Origin: Candidatus Acidiferrales bacterium
GTDB taxonomy: Bacteria; Acidobacteriota; Terriglobia; Acidiferrales; UBA7541
NCBI GenBank assembly: GCA_030037775.1
Contig: JASHQB010000182.1
Span: 3,439-67,438, forward strand
DNA length: 64,000 nucleotides
Direction: 5' to 3'
The notes under the pieces are model-generated. The model saw only the letters and a program-made list of their open reading frames with translations. It had not been told where the DNA came from and ran no database searches. Shown piece after piece: positions 38,576 through 48,889 of this stretch; within the stretch, counting starts at the first letter, position 1; every line of letters begins with the position of its first letter. Both the position numbers and the translations under genes were made by a program.

Positions 38576-40033
38576 ATGAAATCCTGGGCCAACTTAGCCA
38601 TCGAAAAGGCGCTCGCGCGCCGGGCGTCCTACGCCGACGTGCGCGTCATGGACATCCGCCATCGCGACCTTTCGACCAAGAACGGCCAGGTTGGCCGCAT
38701 GTCCGAGGGCGAATCGCTCGGCCTGGGCATTCGCGTCATCGCTGACGGCGCCTGGGGCTTCGCCTCCACGGACCGCCTCACTGTCCAGGGCGTCGAATCC
38801 TGCGTCGATGAAGCCATTGCCATCGCCAAGGCTTCCGCTATGGCCAAGCGGCACGACGTGGTGCTCGCTCCGGAGCAATCCTTCGTCGACACCTGGCAAA
38901 ATCCCTTCATCAAGGACCCGTTTCTAATTCCCATCGAAACGCAAATTGCCGTGCTCCTGCGCGCCGACGCGGAAATGCGCAAGGTGAAGGGCATTACCCT
39001 TGCTGAGGGATCGATGTCATTCCGCAAAATCGACCAGCTTTTCGTTTCCAGCATCGGCTCCGCGATTCATCAAACGAAGATGCAATCCGGCGCCGGAATT
39101 GTCGCCACCAGTTTCGCGGGTGAGGAAATTCAAAAGCGTTCCTATCCCAATAGTTTCGGCGGCCAGCACATGCTGCGCGGCTACGAGTTGATCGAGGAAC
39201 TTGATCTGGTCCGCCACGCGCCGCGCATCGCCGAAGAATGCGTCGCGCTGCACAGCGCCGCGAAATGTCCGGAAGGGAAGCGCACCATCATTCTCGACAG
39301 TTCGCAGCTCGGTCTGCAAATCCACGAATCCATCGGCCATCCCATCGAGCTCGACCGCGTCCTCGGAATGGAAGCGAATTTCGCGGGCATGAGTTTTCTT
39401 ACGCTGGAGAAACTGAATTCGCTGCGCTACGGCTCGGACATCGTGAACGTCGTGGCTGACGCGCGGCTCGCGCACGGCCCCGGCCTCGGCACTTTCGGCT
39501 ACGACGACGAAGGTGTTCCTGCGCAATGCACGCCAATCATTTCGAGCGGCCAATTCACCGGCTACCTCACCAATCGCGAAACTGCCGCGGCCATCGGCCA
39601 GTCGCGCTCCAATGGCACCATGCGCACCGAGGGCTGGAACCGCCTGCCGATTATTCGCATGACCAACATCAGCATTCTTCCCGGCGATCACAAATTCGAG
39701 GACCTGATTGCCGACACCGACGACGGAATTTATATGGAAACCAACCGTTCGTGGTCCATCGACGACCGCCGCTATCATTTTCAGTTTTCCACCGAAATCG
39801 GCTGGGAAATCAAAAATGGCAAGCGCGGCCGCATGATCAAAACTCCGAGCTATAGCGGCATCACAACGGAATTTTGGAACAGTTGCGACGCCATTTGTTC
39901 GCGCGACTATTGGACGCTCTGGGGCACGCCGAATTGTGGCAAAGGCCAGCCGATGCAAACCATGGGCACGGGCCACGGCGCGTCGCCCGCGCGTTTCCGC
40001 AACGTGAAAGTGGGAATCGCTTCCTCCGACTAA
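38576..40033 (+). CDS. tldD: TldD family metalloprotease
   Basis: 485 aa. HESIGHPIELD metal-binding motif with TldD/PmbA fold conservation. Confidence 0.9.
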   Translation: MKSWANLAIEKALARRASYADVRVMDIRHRDLSTKNGQVGRMSEGESLGLGIRVIADGAWGFASTDRLTVQGVESCVDEAIAIAKASAMAKRHDVVLAPEQSFVDTWQNPFIKDPFLIPIETQIAVLLRADAEMRKVKGITLAEGSMSFRKIDQLFVSSIGSAIHQTKMQSGAGIVATSFAGEEIQKRSYPNSFGGQHMLRGYELIEELDLVRHAPRIAEECVALHSAAKCPEGKRTIILDSSQLGLQIHESIGHPIELDRVLGMEANFAGMSFLTLEKLNSLRYGSDIVNVVADARLAHGPGLGTFGYDDEGVPAQCTPIISSGQFTGYLTNRETAAAIGQSRSNGTMRTEGWNRLPIIRMTNISILPGDHKFEDLIADTDDGIYMETNRSWSIDDRRYHFQFSTEIGWEIKNGKRGRMIKTPSYSGITTEFWNSCDAICSRDYWTLWGTPNCGKGQPMQTMGTGHGASPARFRNVKVGIASSD

Positions 40034-41448
40034 TGCCCAAGCCAGCAAAAAAGAAAAAAGCGCCTCGCTCCCGCGCCGGCAGCGGCCACAAAGGCCTGGC
40101 CGCGCACGATCATCGCCTGGGCGCCTCCGAGCTCCGCCGCATCGCGGACAAAATCTTCAAGCTGAGCGAAGCGGACGAAACGGAAGTTGACGTCAGCGCC
40201 GTCACCAGCGCGCTCACGCGCTTCGCCAACAACACCATCCATCAAAATGTCGCCGAGCAGGGGATCGCGATTTCCGTTCGCGCCGTGGTGGACGGCCGCA
40301 CCGCGCGCGCCTCCACGAATAAAACCGACGAAGAGTCTCTGAGGCGCGTGACCGCCGCTGCCCTCGAACTCGCTCAGGTCCAGCCGCGCAATCCGGCCTT
40401 ACTGCCGATGCTCGGCCCGCAGAAATTACAAAAAGTGGACCGCTTCAACGCGAAGACCGCTGCCGCCACGCCCGCGGACCGCGCGCGCGCGGTGACGCGC
40501 GTCTGCCAAATGGCAGATCGCCAAAAGCAGACCACAGCCGGCATTTTTTCCACCGGCCTTTCCGAATTTGCACTCGCTAATTCCCGCGGCCTTTTTGAGT
40601 ATTATCAGGAGACACGTGCCGAATTTTCGGTCACGATCCTGGAGAAAGATTCCTCCGGCTGGGCCAAGGCTACTTCTGCGCGCATCGACGAAATCGATCC
40701 CGACGCGCTGGCGGAGCGCGCCAGCAAGAAGGCGGCCGATTCGCGCTCGCCGCGCGAAATTCCCGCCGGCAAATACACCACCATCCTCGAACCGCCCGCC
40801 GTGCTGGATCTCGTGGGATTTTTGTTCTACGACTTCGCGGGGACCTGCGTTCACGACCAGCGCTCCTGCTTCACCGGCCGCATGGGCAAGAAATTATTTG
40901 GCGAGAACATTTCCATCTGGGACGATGTCTATCATCCCGTGCAACTCGGCCCTCCCTTCGACGGCGAGGGTGTGCCGCGCCAGCGCGTCACACTGGTTGA
41001 AAAGGGCGTTCCCGTAAATCTCGTTTATTCCCGCGCGACGGCAAAGGAAATGAAAGCGAAGCCCACCGGCCACGGATTTTCTCTGCCCTCGGAAGACGGC
41101 GAAGCGCCCTTCAACCTTGTGTTTTCCGGCGGCAAGGCATCTACGGAGGAAATGATTCGTTCGACGGAGCGCGGCTTGCTCATCACGCGGCTCTGGTACA
41201 TCCGCGAAGTGGATCCGTACAAGAAGGTTCTCACGGGAATGACCCGCGACGGCACGTTCTTGGTGGAAAATGGCCGCGTCGCAGGCGCGGTGCGCAATTT
41301 CCGCTTCAATCAAAGCATCATCGACATGCTCGCGAACGTCGAAATGATGGGTCCGGCAGTGCGCGCTTCCGGAGAAGAGTCCTTCGACATGGTCGTGCCG
41401 GCGATGAAGGTCCGCGATTTCAACTTCAGCGAAGTTACAAAATTCTGA
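40033..41448 (+). CDS. pmbA: PmbA/TldE family protein
   Basis: TAATG overlap with the tldD stop. TldD/PmbA-family sequence without HExxxH. Lys/Arg-rich N-terminus MPKPAKKKKAPRSRAG. Confidence 0.85.
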   Translation: MPKPAKKKKAPRSRAGSGHKGLAAHDHRLGASELRRIADKIFKLSEADETEVDVSAVTSALTRFANNTIHQNVAEQGIAISVRAVVDGRTARASTNKTDEESLRRVTAAALELAQVQPRNPALLPMLGPQKLQKVDRFNAKTAAATPADRARAVTRVCQMADRQKQTTAGIFSTGLSEFALANSRGLFEYYQETRAEFSVTILEKDSSGWAKATSARIDEIDPDALAERASKKAADSRSPREIPAGKYTTILEPPAVLDLVGFLFYDFAGTCVHDQRSCFTGRMGKKLFGENISIWDDVYHPVQLGPPFDGEGVPRQRVTLVEKGVPVNLVYSRATAKEMKAKPTGHGFSLPSEDGEAPFNLVFSGGKASTEEMIRSTERGLLITRLWYIREVDPYKKVLTGMTRDGTFLVENGRVAGAVRNFRFNQSIIDMLANVEMMGPAVRASGEESFDMVVPAMKVRDFNFSEVTKF

Positions 41449-41460
41449 CGACGCGCTGGG

Positions 41461-42462
41461 TTATTGCGGACTGGTGAATTGCAGGCTGGCAATGGCCCGC
41501 GCAATGACGTTCTGCTGAATTTGCACCAGGTCGGAATCCGCCATGGTGACTCCAAAGATCGTAAAGATATTTCCTCCCCGGCTGAACAAAACCACCGTTC
41601 CCGCCCATGATTGGTTGTTGGCCGCCCCGTGGAACTGATACTCGTAGGCGCGTAGGCCCGCCACCGTTGTTTCACGCAAGGGTCCCGGCTGGAAACCGTC
41701 GAACGACTCTGCCAGCCGTTCATTTGTCGAAGCCACGTGCGCCGTTAAAGTGTCGCTCGACGCTTCCAGCCCAACGAGGAGATACGTTGCTTGATCCGAC
41801 GTGCCCAGCGCGGTGATGGCGCCGGGAAGCGCGGCCCGCGTGTCGTCGAGCAACTCCCAGTCGGGCGGCTTGTAGATGCGGAAGCCATAGGTTTCGTTGA
41901 CGTAAAGATTGCCCTGCACCTCTTCGCGGACCGGAATCGGTGTAGGAGTCGGATCGGCCTGCGCTGTCGAGGCAGGTGTCGCGGGCGTGCCCGGCGTCGC
42001 TGCCGGTGTGGGCGCCGGCGACGTCTGTTGTGCTGAAGCCGTCGCAGGAACGTTGCTCGCCGCCGCTGCGGTTCCTCGCGCCTCGTTTTGCGGAGTCGCG
42101 CCCGCAGCGGAACTCGCAAGATTTGCAGCGGGCGACGCTTTCTCTGTCGGATTGGCCGCAGCTACTTTTGCTTCAGCATTTGTTTTTGGTGCGTCTGCCT
42201 TATCACCGGCAGGGGCTGTTTTCTGTTCGGCTGTTTTGGCCGGAGCAACGGGCTGCGCTTCCGCGTTTGAAACGGTGATGGAAACGACCGAGGCGCGATC
42301 GACCAGTGCGTAGCCGTAACTGGTCTTGACGCGGAACGAATTGCCTTGATATCCGACAATCGTCCCCGTGATCCTGGTTCCATCCTTCAGATGCAGTTCA
42401 TCGGCGCGCACCGCCAAGGCCGAAACCAGAATCAGAGCCAAAAATAGACGAGCAGACCGCAT
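41461..42462 (-). CDS. secreted hypothetical protein
   Basis: ATG 42462 gives MRSARLFLALILVSALAVRA (signal peptide). About 120-aa Ala/Pro/Thr-rich linker, then a globular C-terminal domain. Confidence 0.7.
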   Translation of the reverse strand: MRSARLFLALILVSALAVRADELHLKDGTRITGTIVGYQGNSFRVKTSYGYALVDRASVVSITVSNAEAQPVAPAKTAEQKTAPAGDKADAPKTNAEAKVAAANPTEKASPAANLASSAAGATPQNEARGTAAAASNVPATASAQQTSPAPTPAATPGTPATPASTAQADPTPTPIPVREEVQGNLYVNETYGFRIYKPPDWELLDDTRAALPGAITALGTSDQATYLLVGLEASSDTLTAHVASTNERLAESFDGFQPGPLRETTVAGLRAYEYQFHGAANNQSWAGTVVLFSRGGNIFTIFGVTMADSDLVQIQQNVIARAIASLQFTSPQ

Positions 42463-42548
42463 CAATTTCAGTATGGCACGGATTCCGGAGAGGGCAAGCT
42501 CCGGGCGGCGCACGGTGTCGGTTTGGTCAGGACTGGCTGGCGATGGTA

Positions 42549-42905
42549 CTAAACGCAGAGTGCCAGGCCGAGGAGAAGGCCGAAGGTTAGCAAGCCCGCA
42601 AGCAGAAGCAGGCTCCGCGCGCTCTTCTTGCGGACGGAAATGACGATTACACCCAGCCCGCTGAGCAGGAAGGCGGATTGGGGCCAGAATGAAGCCGAAC
42701 CGAAGCCAGCCTGCAGCTCGCCTACGGTGTGCGCGTAAAGAATGGAGCCCATTGAGGTAAAGCCAGTGAGGCTGGCGGCAACGATTCCGGCCAAGGCCAA
42801 GCCGCCGATCCACTGCGGCAAGCCCGACTCGCGCTCAATGTCGCGCCAATCCCACCACGTGAGTCCTACCACCAGCGCAACAATGAAAATCGCGAACAAA
42901 GCCAT
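42549..42905 (-). CDS. small integral membrane protein
   Basis: ATG 42905 gives MALFAIFIVALVVGL... with four hydrophobic segments. No family recognised. Confidence 0.5.
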   Translation of the reverse strand: MALFAIFIVALVVGLTWWDWRDIERESGLPQWIGGLALAGIVAASLTGFTSMGSILYAHTVGELQAGFGSASFWPQSAFLLSGLGVIVISVRKKSARSLLLLAGLLTFGLLLGLALCV

Positions 42906-43148
42906 GAGAGGCCGCCTGGATGACCAGTGCGGTACGGGCAATTCAACTACCAGGAGGCAAAGTACTATTGGTGATCGTATCTCTATGTCAATAAGCCTGT
43001 TAGCTATAGGCTTCTGAGCGGTGCGTCTGGGCCAAGAACCGAACTTTTGCACACTTTGGGCCGGTTAGCTTCCTCACCTTGTGATTTTTGTTGCATATTT
43101 GCGCGGACGGACGCCGAACTGACCACCTGACTTTGCTACGATAGGGCC

Positions 43149-43889
43149 ATGCCAGCACCGCCGTGGATCATCGGGCATCGAGGCGCTCCCGGTTACGCGC
43201 CGGAGAACACCATGGCGTCTTTTCGCCGCGCGGTGGAACTGGGCGCAAAGTTCATCGAGACTGATTTGCGGCTCTCGCACGACGCGCAGTTCGTGGCCAT
43301 GCACGACGCCACGCTCGACCGCACTTCGAATGGGCGCGGGCTGGTGCGCGATTTTACGCTCGCGCAACTGCGCGAACTGGACGCGGGCTCGTGGTACGGG
43401 CGCGAATTCGCGGGTGAGAAAATTCCGACGCTCGACGAAATTTTGAGTTTGGCGCGCGAAGCGGACGTCGTTTTTTATCTGGAGATCAAACACGAGGCGG
43501 GTTGGGGCGTACACCACGGAGTGGCAGGAGCCTTGCGCGCGGCGAACGAGGCGGCGCGCACCATAGTGATTTCGTTCGATCCCAGCATGCTCGCGAATCT
43601 GCGGCGCCTGGATGCGGGGTTAGTGATGGGATTCCTGTTTGAGAATCCGTTGGAAAACGTGGTGGAGAAGGCGCAGCAAATCGGGGTGCGGCAGATTTGC
43701 CCGCGAGCAGACTTGGTGACGCGGGAATTGCTGAGCCAGGCGCACGAGGTGGGATTGCAGGTGGCTACTTGGACGGTGAATGAGCCGGCGCAAATGGAGC
43801 GGCTGATTTCGATGGGTGTGAACGGAATTATGTCGGATTATCCGGACCGTTTGCGCGACGTGGTGGAGCGCGTGTGCGGCAAGAAGTGA
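43149..43889 (+). CDS. glycerophosphodiester phosphodiesterase
   Basis: IIGHRGAPGYAPENT and ETDLRLSHDAQFVAMHDATLDRTSNG GDPD motifs. No signal peptide, so UgpQ-like. Confidence 0.9.
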   Translation: MPAPPWIIGHRGAPGYAPENTMASFRRAVELGAKFIETDLRLSHDAQFVAMHDATLDRTSNGRGLVRDFTLAQLRELDAGSWYGREFAGEKIPTLDEILSLAREADVVFYLEIKHEAGWGVHHGVAGALRAANEAARTIVISFDPSMLANLRRLDAGLVMGFLFENPLENVVEKAQQIGVRQICPRADLVTRELLSQAHEVGLQVATWTVNEPAQMERLISMGVNGIMSDYPDRLRDVVERVCGKK

Positions 43890-43890
43890 A

Positions 43891-44679
43891 TTATTTCTCG
43901 GGAGCCAGCAGGCCGTAGAGTTGCGCGAATTGCGCAAGCGAGAGTTCCTCGGCGCGCGATTTTGGGGTGAGTTTGCAGGCAGTGAGCGCGGCAGCGATTG
44001 TGGCGTCGGCGAAACGATTCTTCAGGTTGTTCCGCAGTGTTTTTCTTTTCTGAGAGAAGCAATTCTGGAGAAACTTCAAAAACGCGGCGTCATCGCGAAT
44101 TTGTAGCTGCGCTCGTTCGCCGGGCAGAGTCATGGCCAGCAGAGCGGAATTTACTTTGGGCGGCGGCCGAAACGCGCCAGGCGGAATGCGCAGAACGATT
44201 TCCGGATGCGCGAAATACTGGCAGAGGGCGGAGAGATAGGCGTATTCGCGATGGCCGGGCCTGGCGGCGATGCGGTCGGCCACTTCGCGCTGAATAACGA
44301 TGTGGATGGACTCGATCTGCGCGGCGAAGCGGAAGAGATGCGAGAGGATGGGCGACGTAATGTAGTAGGGCAAATTGCCGTAGACGCGGAAACGTTCGCG
44401 AGTCAGGGAAGATAAATCGACAGAGAGGATGTCAGACCCGATGATTTCGACGTTGCGCCATTCCACGGCAGCGCGCTCGCGGAGAGTTGCGGCGAGGGCG
44501 GCGTCAGCTTCGATGGCGATGACGCGTCGCGCGCGTTGCGCGAGGAATTCCGTCATTTCGCCGTGGCCCGGGCCGATTTCGAGCCAGGTAGTGCTTGCGT
44601 CAGCGGGAACCGTGCGTGCGATGCGCTCGCGCCATGCGGGACTGTGAAGGAAGTGCTGGCCAAGCTTTTGACGAGACAT
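43891..44679 (-). CDS. rsmA: 16S rRNA (adenine1518/1519-N6)-dimethyltransferase
   Basis: KLGQHFL, EIGPGHGEMT, YGNLPYYITSPIL. Confidence 0.92.
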   Translation of the reverse strand: MSRQKLGQHFLHSPAWRERIARTVPADASTTWLEIGPGHGEMTEFLAQRARRVIAIEADAALAATLRERAAVEWRNVEIIGSDILSVDLSSLTRERFRVYGNLPYYITSPILSHLFRFAAQIESIHIVIQREVADRIAARPGHREYAYLSALCQYFAHPEIVLRIPPGAFRPPPKVNSALLAMTLPGERAQLQIRDDAAFLKFLQNCFSQKRKTLRNNLKNRFADATIAAALTACKLTPKSRAEELSLAQFAQLYGLLAPEK

Positions 44680-44754
44680 GGGGAGAAAAGTTTAGCAGGT
44701 TTCCAGTGAACAGATGCTGAGATGCCGACTGCGCATGAATTCACCTGAAGCGGC

Positions 44755-45471
44755 TTAATGCTTTTCGCTGAGGATTTGCTTCGCAGTGAGAGTCGGCCCG
44801 TCAAAATAAGGTGCCGGTGTGTTTGGTGGTCCAGACCACGACGCGGGATCGGGAAAAGTTGGCAGTGGGTGCGGGTGCGCACGGTCTTTGCAGCTCTTGA
44901 CTGCGCACGTCTCGCCAGAAGCGCCTTCTTCCTGGTCACAGGCGTCGAGACGGTATCGGCCACGAATGAACCGATAACGGTTGATTGTTGCATGACAGGA
45001 ACCTGACGTAGCCCCGAACAGCAGATCCGGGACAGGAGACCCGCGTCGTGGGACAATGCCCGGTCCAAATCCTCCTGAGTCGATGATCTTCCGATAGGAA
45101 TTAACACTCGGTATGTATATGTTTAGCAGCGGCACGTTGACGCCACCGTTTCCTTTCCATTCCACGAGTATGGCGGATCCAAGTTTGCCCAGCCTCAGCG
45201 GAGTAAAGTCACAACTGAGAAATGCGGTATTGATATCGTCGAAGCTCGGGGAAGGGTCGTTATACACGATCTTTAATGAAGGGATTAGATCGCGAAGCAA
45301 AACCGGGCGGAGCCGCATGAGGTCGCCACGGGAAAAGCCGTGGGACGTAGCATTCGTGGAATTGTCAGGAGTCGGCGACGCTTGACCTCGAGCGTGAGCA
45401 TAATTGAGGCTTGCAACAACGGCGATGAGTGAACCTGTCAAGAAAAACGAGCGGCGGAACCTATTCGGCAT
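44755..45471 (-). CDS. secreted hypothetical protein
   Basis: 238-aa ORF with signal-like FFLTGSLIAVVASLNYAHA. More AT-rich than neighbours by eye. No family recognised. Confidence 0.6.
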   Translation of the reverse strand: MPNRFRRSFFLTGSLIAVVASLNYAHARGQASPTPDNSTNATSHGFSRGDLMRLRPVLLRDLIPSLKIVYNDPSPSFDDINTAFLSCDFTPLRLGKLGSAILVEWKGNGGVNVPLLNIYIPSVNSYRKIIDSGGFGPGIVPRRGSPVPDLLFGATSGSCHATINRYRFIRGRYRLDACDQEEGASGETCAVKSCKDRAHPHPLPTFPDPASWSGPPNTPAPYFDGPTLTAKQILSEKH

Positions 45472-45537
45472 GCGAGAATTTTACGCCTTTTCGAGACGGA
45501 CGACGATTCAGCGCGTGTATAATTTGGATGGGGAAAA

Positions 45538-47007
45538 ATGAAGATACTGTTTGTATCGCCGGAGGGGCTGCCGTTTTCGAAGACGGGCGGGCTCGCGGAC
45601 GTGGTGGAGGCGCTGCCGCGTTCGCTGGTGGAGAGCGGGCATCAAGTGGCGGTGCTGCTGCCGCGCTATAAAGGCAACCAGGCGGCGCGGACGATTGTGC
45701 CGAGCATGACCATTCCGCTGGGCTCGATGATGCGTTTTCCGGCGATCAGCGAGGCGGGGACGTTCGAGGGCGTGCGGTATTACTTCGTTGACGATCCCGA
45801 ATACTTCCAGCGCGAAAAACTCTACGGCGACAAGAGCGGCGATTACACGGACAACGCGCGGCGCTTTGGCGAGTTGAGCCGCGCGGCCATTGAATTTGCC
45901 AAACAGGTGTGGATGCCCGACGTGCTGCATTGCCACGACTGGCAAGCGGCGCTGGTGCCGGTCTATTTGCGCACGTTGTACGCGCGCGATCCGGCGCTCG
46001 AGTCGCTTCCCGTGGTTTTCACCGTGCATAATCTGGGCTATCAGGGGCTTTTCCTGCGCGCGACGCTGTCGCTGATAGGACTGCCGGAGGAGCTCTTCCG
46101 CGTCGACGCCCTGGAGTACTACGGCAAAATCAATTTGCTGAAGGGCGGGCTGCTGTTTGCGGATTACGTCACGACGGTGAGCCGGAAGTACGCGCAGGAG
46201 ATTCAGACGAAAGAATACGGCTGCGGGCTGGAGGGCGTGATCCAGTCGCGCGGAAATCGGGTTATGGGAATTCTGAACGGCGTGGATTACAGCCAGTGGA
46301 ATCCGGAGACGGACACGAACATCGTAGCGACGTATTCGGCAAAGTTGATGGACGGGAAAAAGCTTTGCAAGAAGGATTTGCTCTCGACCTTTCAGTTGCC
46401 GGCGGAAAACATGAAACGGCCGGTGATTGGCTTGGTTTCGCGGTTCGTGGATCAAAAAGGATTCGACCTCATCGCTGAAGCCGCTCCGGAATTGATGAAA
46501 GAGGATTTTGCGCTCGTGGCGCTGGGCAACGGCGATGCGAAATACGAGAAACTGTTCCAGGATCTGGCGAAGCAATACCCTTCGCGCGTGGGCGTGAAGA
46601 TTGCCTACGACAACGTGGTGGCGCACAAAATCGAGGCCGGCGTGGACATGTTTCTGATGCCGTCGCGATACGAGCCGTGCGGACTCAATCAAATCTACAG
46701 TTTGCGCTATGGCACGGTCCCGATCGTGCGCGCAACGGGCGGGCTTGACGACACCGTCGAAGCGTTCGATGCCAAAACGGGCAAGGGGACGGGATTTAAA
46801 TTTGAAGCCTATGAGGGCGCGGCTCTGGTAAAGTGTGTCCGCCAGGCGCTGGCCGCCTACACCGATTTGCGTCAGTGGCGCTCGCTGCAGGCTAACGGAA
46901 TGGCCAAGGATTTTTCGTGGAAGGCCTCGGCCGCGCAATACGTGAAGCTGTACGAAGCGGCGAAACAGTCGAGAATCCAAGCGGTGGCAGCCACATCTAA
47001 TACCTAG
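45538..47007 (+). CDS. glgA: glycogen synthase
   Basis: MKILFVSPEGLPFSKTGGLADVV N-terminus and the GT5 C-terminal half (PSRYEPCGLNQ). Confidence 0.93.
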   Translation: MKILFVSPEGLPFSKTGGLADVVEALPRSLVESGHQVAVLLPRYKGNQAARTIVPSMTIPLGSMMRFPAISEAGTFEGVRYYFVDDPEYFQREKLYGDKSGDYTDNARRFGELSRAAIEFAKQVWMPDVLHCHDWQAALVPVYLRTLYARDPALESLPVVFTVHNLGYQGLFLRATLSLIGLPEELFRVDALEYYGKINLLKGGLLFADYVTTVSRKYAQEIQTKEYGCGLEGVIQSRGNRVMGILNGVDYSQWNPETDTNIVATYSAKLMDGKKLCKKDLLSTFQLPAENMKRPVIGLVSRFVDQKGFDLIAEAAPELMKEDFALVALGNGDAKYEKLFQDLAKQYPSRVGVKIAYDNVVAHKIEAGVDMFLMPSRYEPCGLNQIYSLRYGTVPIVRATGGLDDTVEAFDAKTGKGTGFKFEAYEGAALVKCVRQALAAYTDLRQWRSLQANGMAKDFSWKASAAQYVKLYEAAKQSRIQAVAATSNT

Positions 47008-47051
47008 CGGCGGCAGAATCGAGAGGCTGTCCGCTTCATATTGAGGGAGAT

Positions 47052-47393
47052 ATGGGACAGAACGTAGCGTCGGTCAGTGATGCAAATTTCCAGGCCGAGG
47101 TGCTGGACGCCAGCAAGACTCAGCCGGTCATGGTGGATTTCTGGGCGGAGTGGTGCGGCCCCTGCAGGGCGCTTTCGCCGACGGTGGACGCGATTGCCGC
47201 GGAGCGCGCGGGGAAGTTGAAAGTGGTGAAGATGAACGTTGACGAGAACATGAACACGCCATGCAAGTACAACGTTCGGGGGATTCCCACGCTGCTGATT
47301 TTCAAGGGCGGGCAAGTCGCGGAGCAGATTGTGGGCGCGGTTCCGAAAGAGAACATCGAAAAGGCGCTGCAGCGGCACCTGCCGCAAGCCTAA
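47052..47393 (+). CDS. trxA: thioredoxin
   Basis: 113 aa. VDFWAEWCGPCR active site. Confidence 0.93.
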   Translation: MGQNVASVSDANFQAEVLDASKTQPVMVDFWAEWCGPCRALSPTVDAIAAERAGKLKVVKMNVDENMNTPCKYNVRGIPTLLIFKGGQVAEQIVGAVPKENIEKALQRHLPQA

Positions 47394-47584
47394 CGCGGCC
47401 TTCATTCGTCACGACTATTTAGCGCATTGGCGCGCAATCGGCCCGGCACGAAGTTTATTGCCTTCTCTTAGTGTCGAGCGTACCATGGTGTGTCTACGCT
47501 GGCGGTAACCTCTCAGAAATTTTTTCCGATGGAGATTCGAGAGGGCAGGGTGCGGCCGCGCGAAGAAAAGACGAGACGGGGCGA

Positions 47585-48883
47585 ATGAAAGCAATCGCAG
47601 TGGTTGGCGCGCAATGGGGTGACGAGGGCAAAGGCAAGGTCGTCGACTATCTGGCGGGTTCGTTCGACTATAGCGCGCGCTACGGCGGTGGGCACAACGC
47701 GGGCCACACCGTCATCATCGATGGCCACAGATTCGTCCTGCAATTGATTCCTTGCGGCATTTTGCGGCCGGGGAAGAAGGCGATAATCGGCGCAGGAGTC
47801 GTTGTAGATCCGGCAGCGCTGGTGGCCGAGGTGGATAACATCGCCAAGGGCGGCGTTGACGTCAATGGCCGGCTGTTTCTCAGCAATCGAGCGCATCTGA
47901 TTTTTCCGTTTCACCGTGAGTTGGAAAAATCGGCGGAGGCCGCGCGCGGGCCACATCGCATTGGCACCACTTCGCGTGGAATTGGGCCGGCATACGAAGA
48001 CAAGATGGCGCGCTGCGGGCTGCGCGTATGCGACTTGATGGACATGGAAAGGTTCGAGCGTAAACTGGAGCGCGTGATCGAAGAAAAAGACGCTTTGAGC
48101 CGATCGTGCTACGCGAAGGGACTGGATACCGCGGGGATTCTGGAAACGTATCGCGAGCTCGGCGGGAGAATCCGCGGCTTTGTGGCGGACACATCGGCAG
48201 TAGTGAATCGCGCGCTGGGCGAAGGCAAGTCCATTTTGTTCGAAGGTGCGCAGGGCACTATGCTGGATATTGATCACGGGACTTATCCGTACGTGACCTC
48301 GTCAAGCGCAATCGCAGGCGGCGCCTGCACGGGGCTGGGAGTGGCGCCGACTAAAGTGACCGGCGTGATTGGCGTGACCAAGGCCTACACCACGCGTGTC
48401 GGTGGCGGTCCGTTTCCCACCGAGATGCCGGACCTCGACGCGCAAGCGGTGCGCGACCGCGGCAAGGAATATGGCGCGGTGACGGGGCGGCCGCGACGAT
48501 GCGGCTGGCTGGACCTGATGATGTTGCGTTACGCGGTGCAAATCAACGGAATCGATTCACTGGTCGTGACGAAGCTCGATGTGTTCGACACGCAAAAAGA
48601 CATCCAAGTCTGCGTCGGCTACAAATACAACGGATCGAAACTCAACGAAATGCCGGCAGAAGTGGAAGTGCTCGCCGAGGTGACTCCGGAATACAGGACT
48701 CTGCCGGGATGGCAGCAGCAGACCGACCACATTCGCGCGGCGGCCGACCTGCCGAAGGCCGCGAGCGATTACCTGAAGTTTATTTCCGACTCGCTGGGCG
48801 CCGAAATCGGGATGATTTCCACGGGGCCCGAACGCGATGCGACGATCGTTCCCCCTGGAACAAAGCTTGCTTCCTGGTTGTGA
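47585..48883 (+). CDS. purA: adenylosuccinate synthase
   Basis: MKAIAVVGAQWGDEGKGKVVD P-loop, GTTSRGIGPAYEDK. ATG 47585 chosen over track start 47471. Confidence 0.95.
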   Translation: MKAIAVVGAQWGDEGKGKVVDYLAGSFDYSARYGGGHNAGHTVIIDGHRFVLQLIPCGILRPGKKAIIGAGVVVDPAALVAEVDNIAKGGVDVNGRLFLSNRAHLIFPFHRELEKSAEAARGPHRIGTTSRGIGPAYEDKMARCGLRVCDLMDMERFERKLERVIEEKDALSRSCYAKGLDTAGILETYRELGGRIRGFVADTSAVVNRALGEGKSILFEGAQGTMLDIDHGTYPYVTSSSAIAGGACTGLGVAPTKVTGVIGVTKAYTTRVGGGPFPTEMPDLDAQAVRDRGKEYGAVTGRPRRCGWLDLMMLRYAVQINGIDSLVVTKLDVFDTQKDIQVCVGYKYNGSKLNEMPAEVEVLAEVTPEYRTLPGWQQQTDHIRAAADLPKAASDYLKFISDSLGAEIGMISTGPERDATIVPPGTKLASWL

Positions 48884-48889
48884 GCTTTC

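Noticed and set aside
45508-46980. 490-aa minus-strand ORF opposite glgA
   Set aside because: A shadow ORF. glgA on the plus strand has the KTGGLADV signature and a proper start context.
48884-48889. Moco riboswitch ahead of moeA
   Set aside because: Only 6 nt separate the purA stop from the moeA start, so there is no room for a riboswitch.
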